Positions 62,381 to 64,000 of a DNA stretch of 64,000 nucleotides are shown one piece after another (position 1 is the first letter of the stretch; the number at the start of each line of letters is the position of its first letter). The stretch spans positions 62,001-126,000 of the forward strand of contig JADIIX010000041.1 of the NCBI GenBank assembly GCA_027604505.1, written 5' to 3'. The position numbers and the translations under genes were made by a program. The DNA comes from Gonapodya sp. JEL0774 (taxonomy: Eukaryota). A model generated the notes under the pieces. It saw only the letters and a list, made by a program, of their open reading frames with translations, was not told where the DNA came from and ran no database searches.

Positions 62381-64000
62381 ATGCAACTTACCCAGCGCTC
62401 GTTGGTCTTCCTACTGACATTGCTGGTCATCCTCGCTATTGCTACGAGGACTTCGAGGGCTGCTGACCTTGACGAGGATGACGATGGTGAGTGATCGAGG
62501 CGTCCAAGTCGTGGCGGAATCCATCCAGCAAGTCAGGTGACGCGGCTATTCAAGTGACGATTGGGTCTCGATACACGCATTTGCTCGAATGCTGTCTGTT
62601 TTCGCTCGCCAATAAACCTGGCGGTGTCCCCCTCCGTCACGATGTGCGTGTCTTATCTGTCTTCCTTCCCTTCATCGCGCATAGACGATTTCTACTATAC
62701 TCCTCCGACCCCCGCCTCCTCTTCATTGTTTGGCAATCTCTTCTCATTTTTGCTTCCTTCCTCTGCCCCATCGTCATCCAGCTCTGGGTCGCCCAGGTTT
62801 GGTACTCCTGTGACCCAGGACTGGCGGTACGACGTGGCGGCGATTCTGGTGTTTTTGATATATGGCGTCAGTTGGTGGTTTGGAAAGAATAAGAACTTAG
62901 CGTTCGCATCGGAGTGGTGAGTTCAATTGAAGACAGTCTTCCTGGTGATTGGACTCGGAAGTTTCTGGTAAAAGACGGACCGGATATTCAAAGATGCAGG
63001 ATTATGGTAGTGAAAGTGATATGCGAGATTTACGTCCAGAGCTTTAATTCACGTCGTTGCGAGGTGGAATCCACAAAAGTAGAGCGAAAGCCCTACTTCT
63101 GTGTTCATGTGGTTCTGTGTGATCCATCTTCTGTCATGTGGTGGCCACATGGTACAAATTGAGCCGTCTGTGATACTGCCCGACGCACGGTTCCATACAC
63201 AGGCTCAGAGTCACCGACCCTGTGTGGACCTCAAACTTCGCGGAAGTGGGCGACGGAAAGGACCACAAACTCCTGGTGGAATCCGGCCGCGAGTACCTCT
63301 TCTGGGCGAGTGGAAGGAAGAGTGTTACAAGTGTACTGGGGAGAATCAAGGTACGCAAACAAGATTGAGTGACCCTCGAATACTGAGCTGATCATTCTCC
63401 GTGCCATCAGATGCTCCCTCGTCATGATATTTTCATGAATTTCGTATACGAGTACTTCTATCCCCAATTCGACACACTGGTGATTTGTCCTGCATTTGAC
63501 AGTTGCTGATGGAACGCGTTCAAAATTTCAGTTTTCTACGTCCAGGAATTGGACATTGTACTTGCAGAAGACACCGGCGACAGTTTCGTTTTCTCTGTCA
63601 TGGCTAATAAAATTGCAGCGAAAGCAAACGACAGATTCGATTTGGTGCGTGTCACATGTTATTCGGAGCGTGGCTGCAATACTTCAGGAATCCCAAATGT
63701 TGGGGACCATCATCTACAGACCTTCACCCGTATCCGGACACACCCCACCGTCAACCCAGCGGTCTACACGATCCAAACTGAATCGGGAGAATATACGGAC
63801 GTTCTTTTCAGGGATGACGGGGTGAAGGAGTTTTTCAAGCTCATCGATGATCAAGACGGCCCTGGTGGATTGTGGCTCGAAGAACTTACGCTGTCGGATT
63901 TGCCAAAAGAGAGACCGAGCGAGTAAGACTGGATGCGAACACAGTAAAGGCTCGATTGGTGCGGACATTAATGATGGTCATGTCGACAGGCCCACCTCTT
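62381..64000 (+). CDS. CCDC47: CCDC47/DUF1682 (PAT complex subunit), partial; runs off window
   Basis: Signal peptide MQLTQRSLVFLLTLLVILAIA, acidic DLDEDDD, TM DVAAILVFLIYGVSWWFGKNKN..W, then NFAEVG..LLVESGREYLFWASGRK and DSFVFSV..DRFDL. Confidence 0.75.

Noticed and set aside
1..64000. tRNA, rRNA, transposase, reverse transcriptase or CRISPR features
   Set aside because: None recognised by eye; tRNAscan-SE, Infernal and RepeatMasker would be needed to exclude small or degenerate elements.

Overview
Gene-dense, intron-rich eukaryotic DNA with short GT-AG introns and roughly 50-55% GC. It is most consistent with an early-diverging (zoosporic) fungus; a Monoblepharidomycete such as Gonapodya is my inference, not something the sequence proves. 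I read about 21 protein-coding genes by splicing exons by hand: two tandem NmrA-like genes, a stand-alone BtaB-like methyltransferase, an ankyrin protein, a double-chromodomain protein, a monoglyceride-lipase-like hydrolase, a bHLH-ZIP factor, the Scc2/NIPBL cohesin loader, FUN14, a Zn2Cys6 factor, PP2A B'', a small membrane protein, a large Q-rich orphan, an LRR-RhoGEF, kinesin-4, a small heat-shock protein, parvulin PIN4, ETF-beta, TMEM70-like, a Cof HAD hydrolase and CCDC47 (partial). There is one 10-N assembly gap. I recognised no RNA genes, transposons or CRISPR arrays. The most striking find is invisible in the ORF track: a spliced gene encoding signal peptide + Hsp20/alpha-crystallin domain + LEA-like tail + C-terminal KGEL, i.e. 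a candidate ER-luminal small HSP in a fungus. Next are a spliced tandem-chromodomain protein with no catalytic domain and a betaine-lipid-synthase methyltransferase half lacking its BtaA partner. Gene boundaries are manual predictions.
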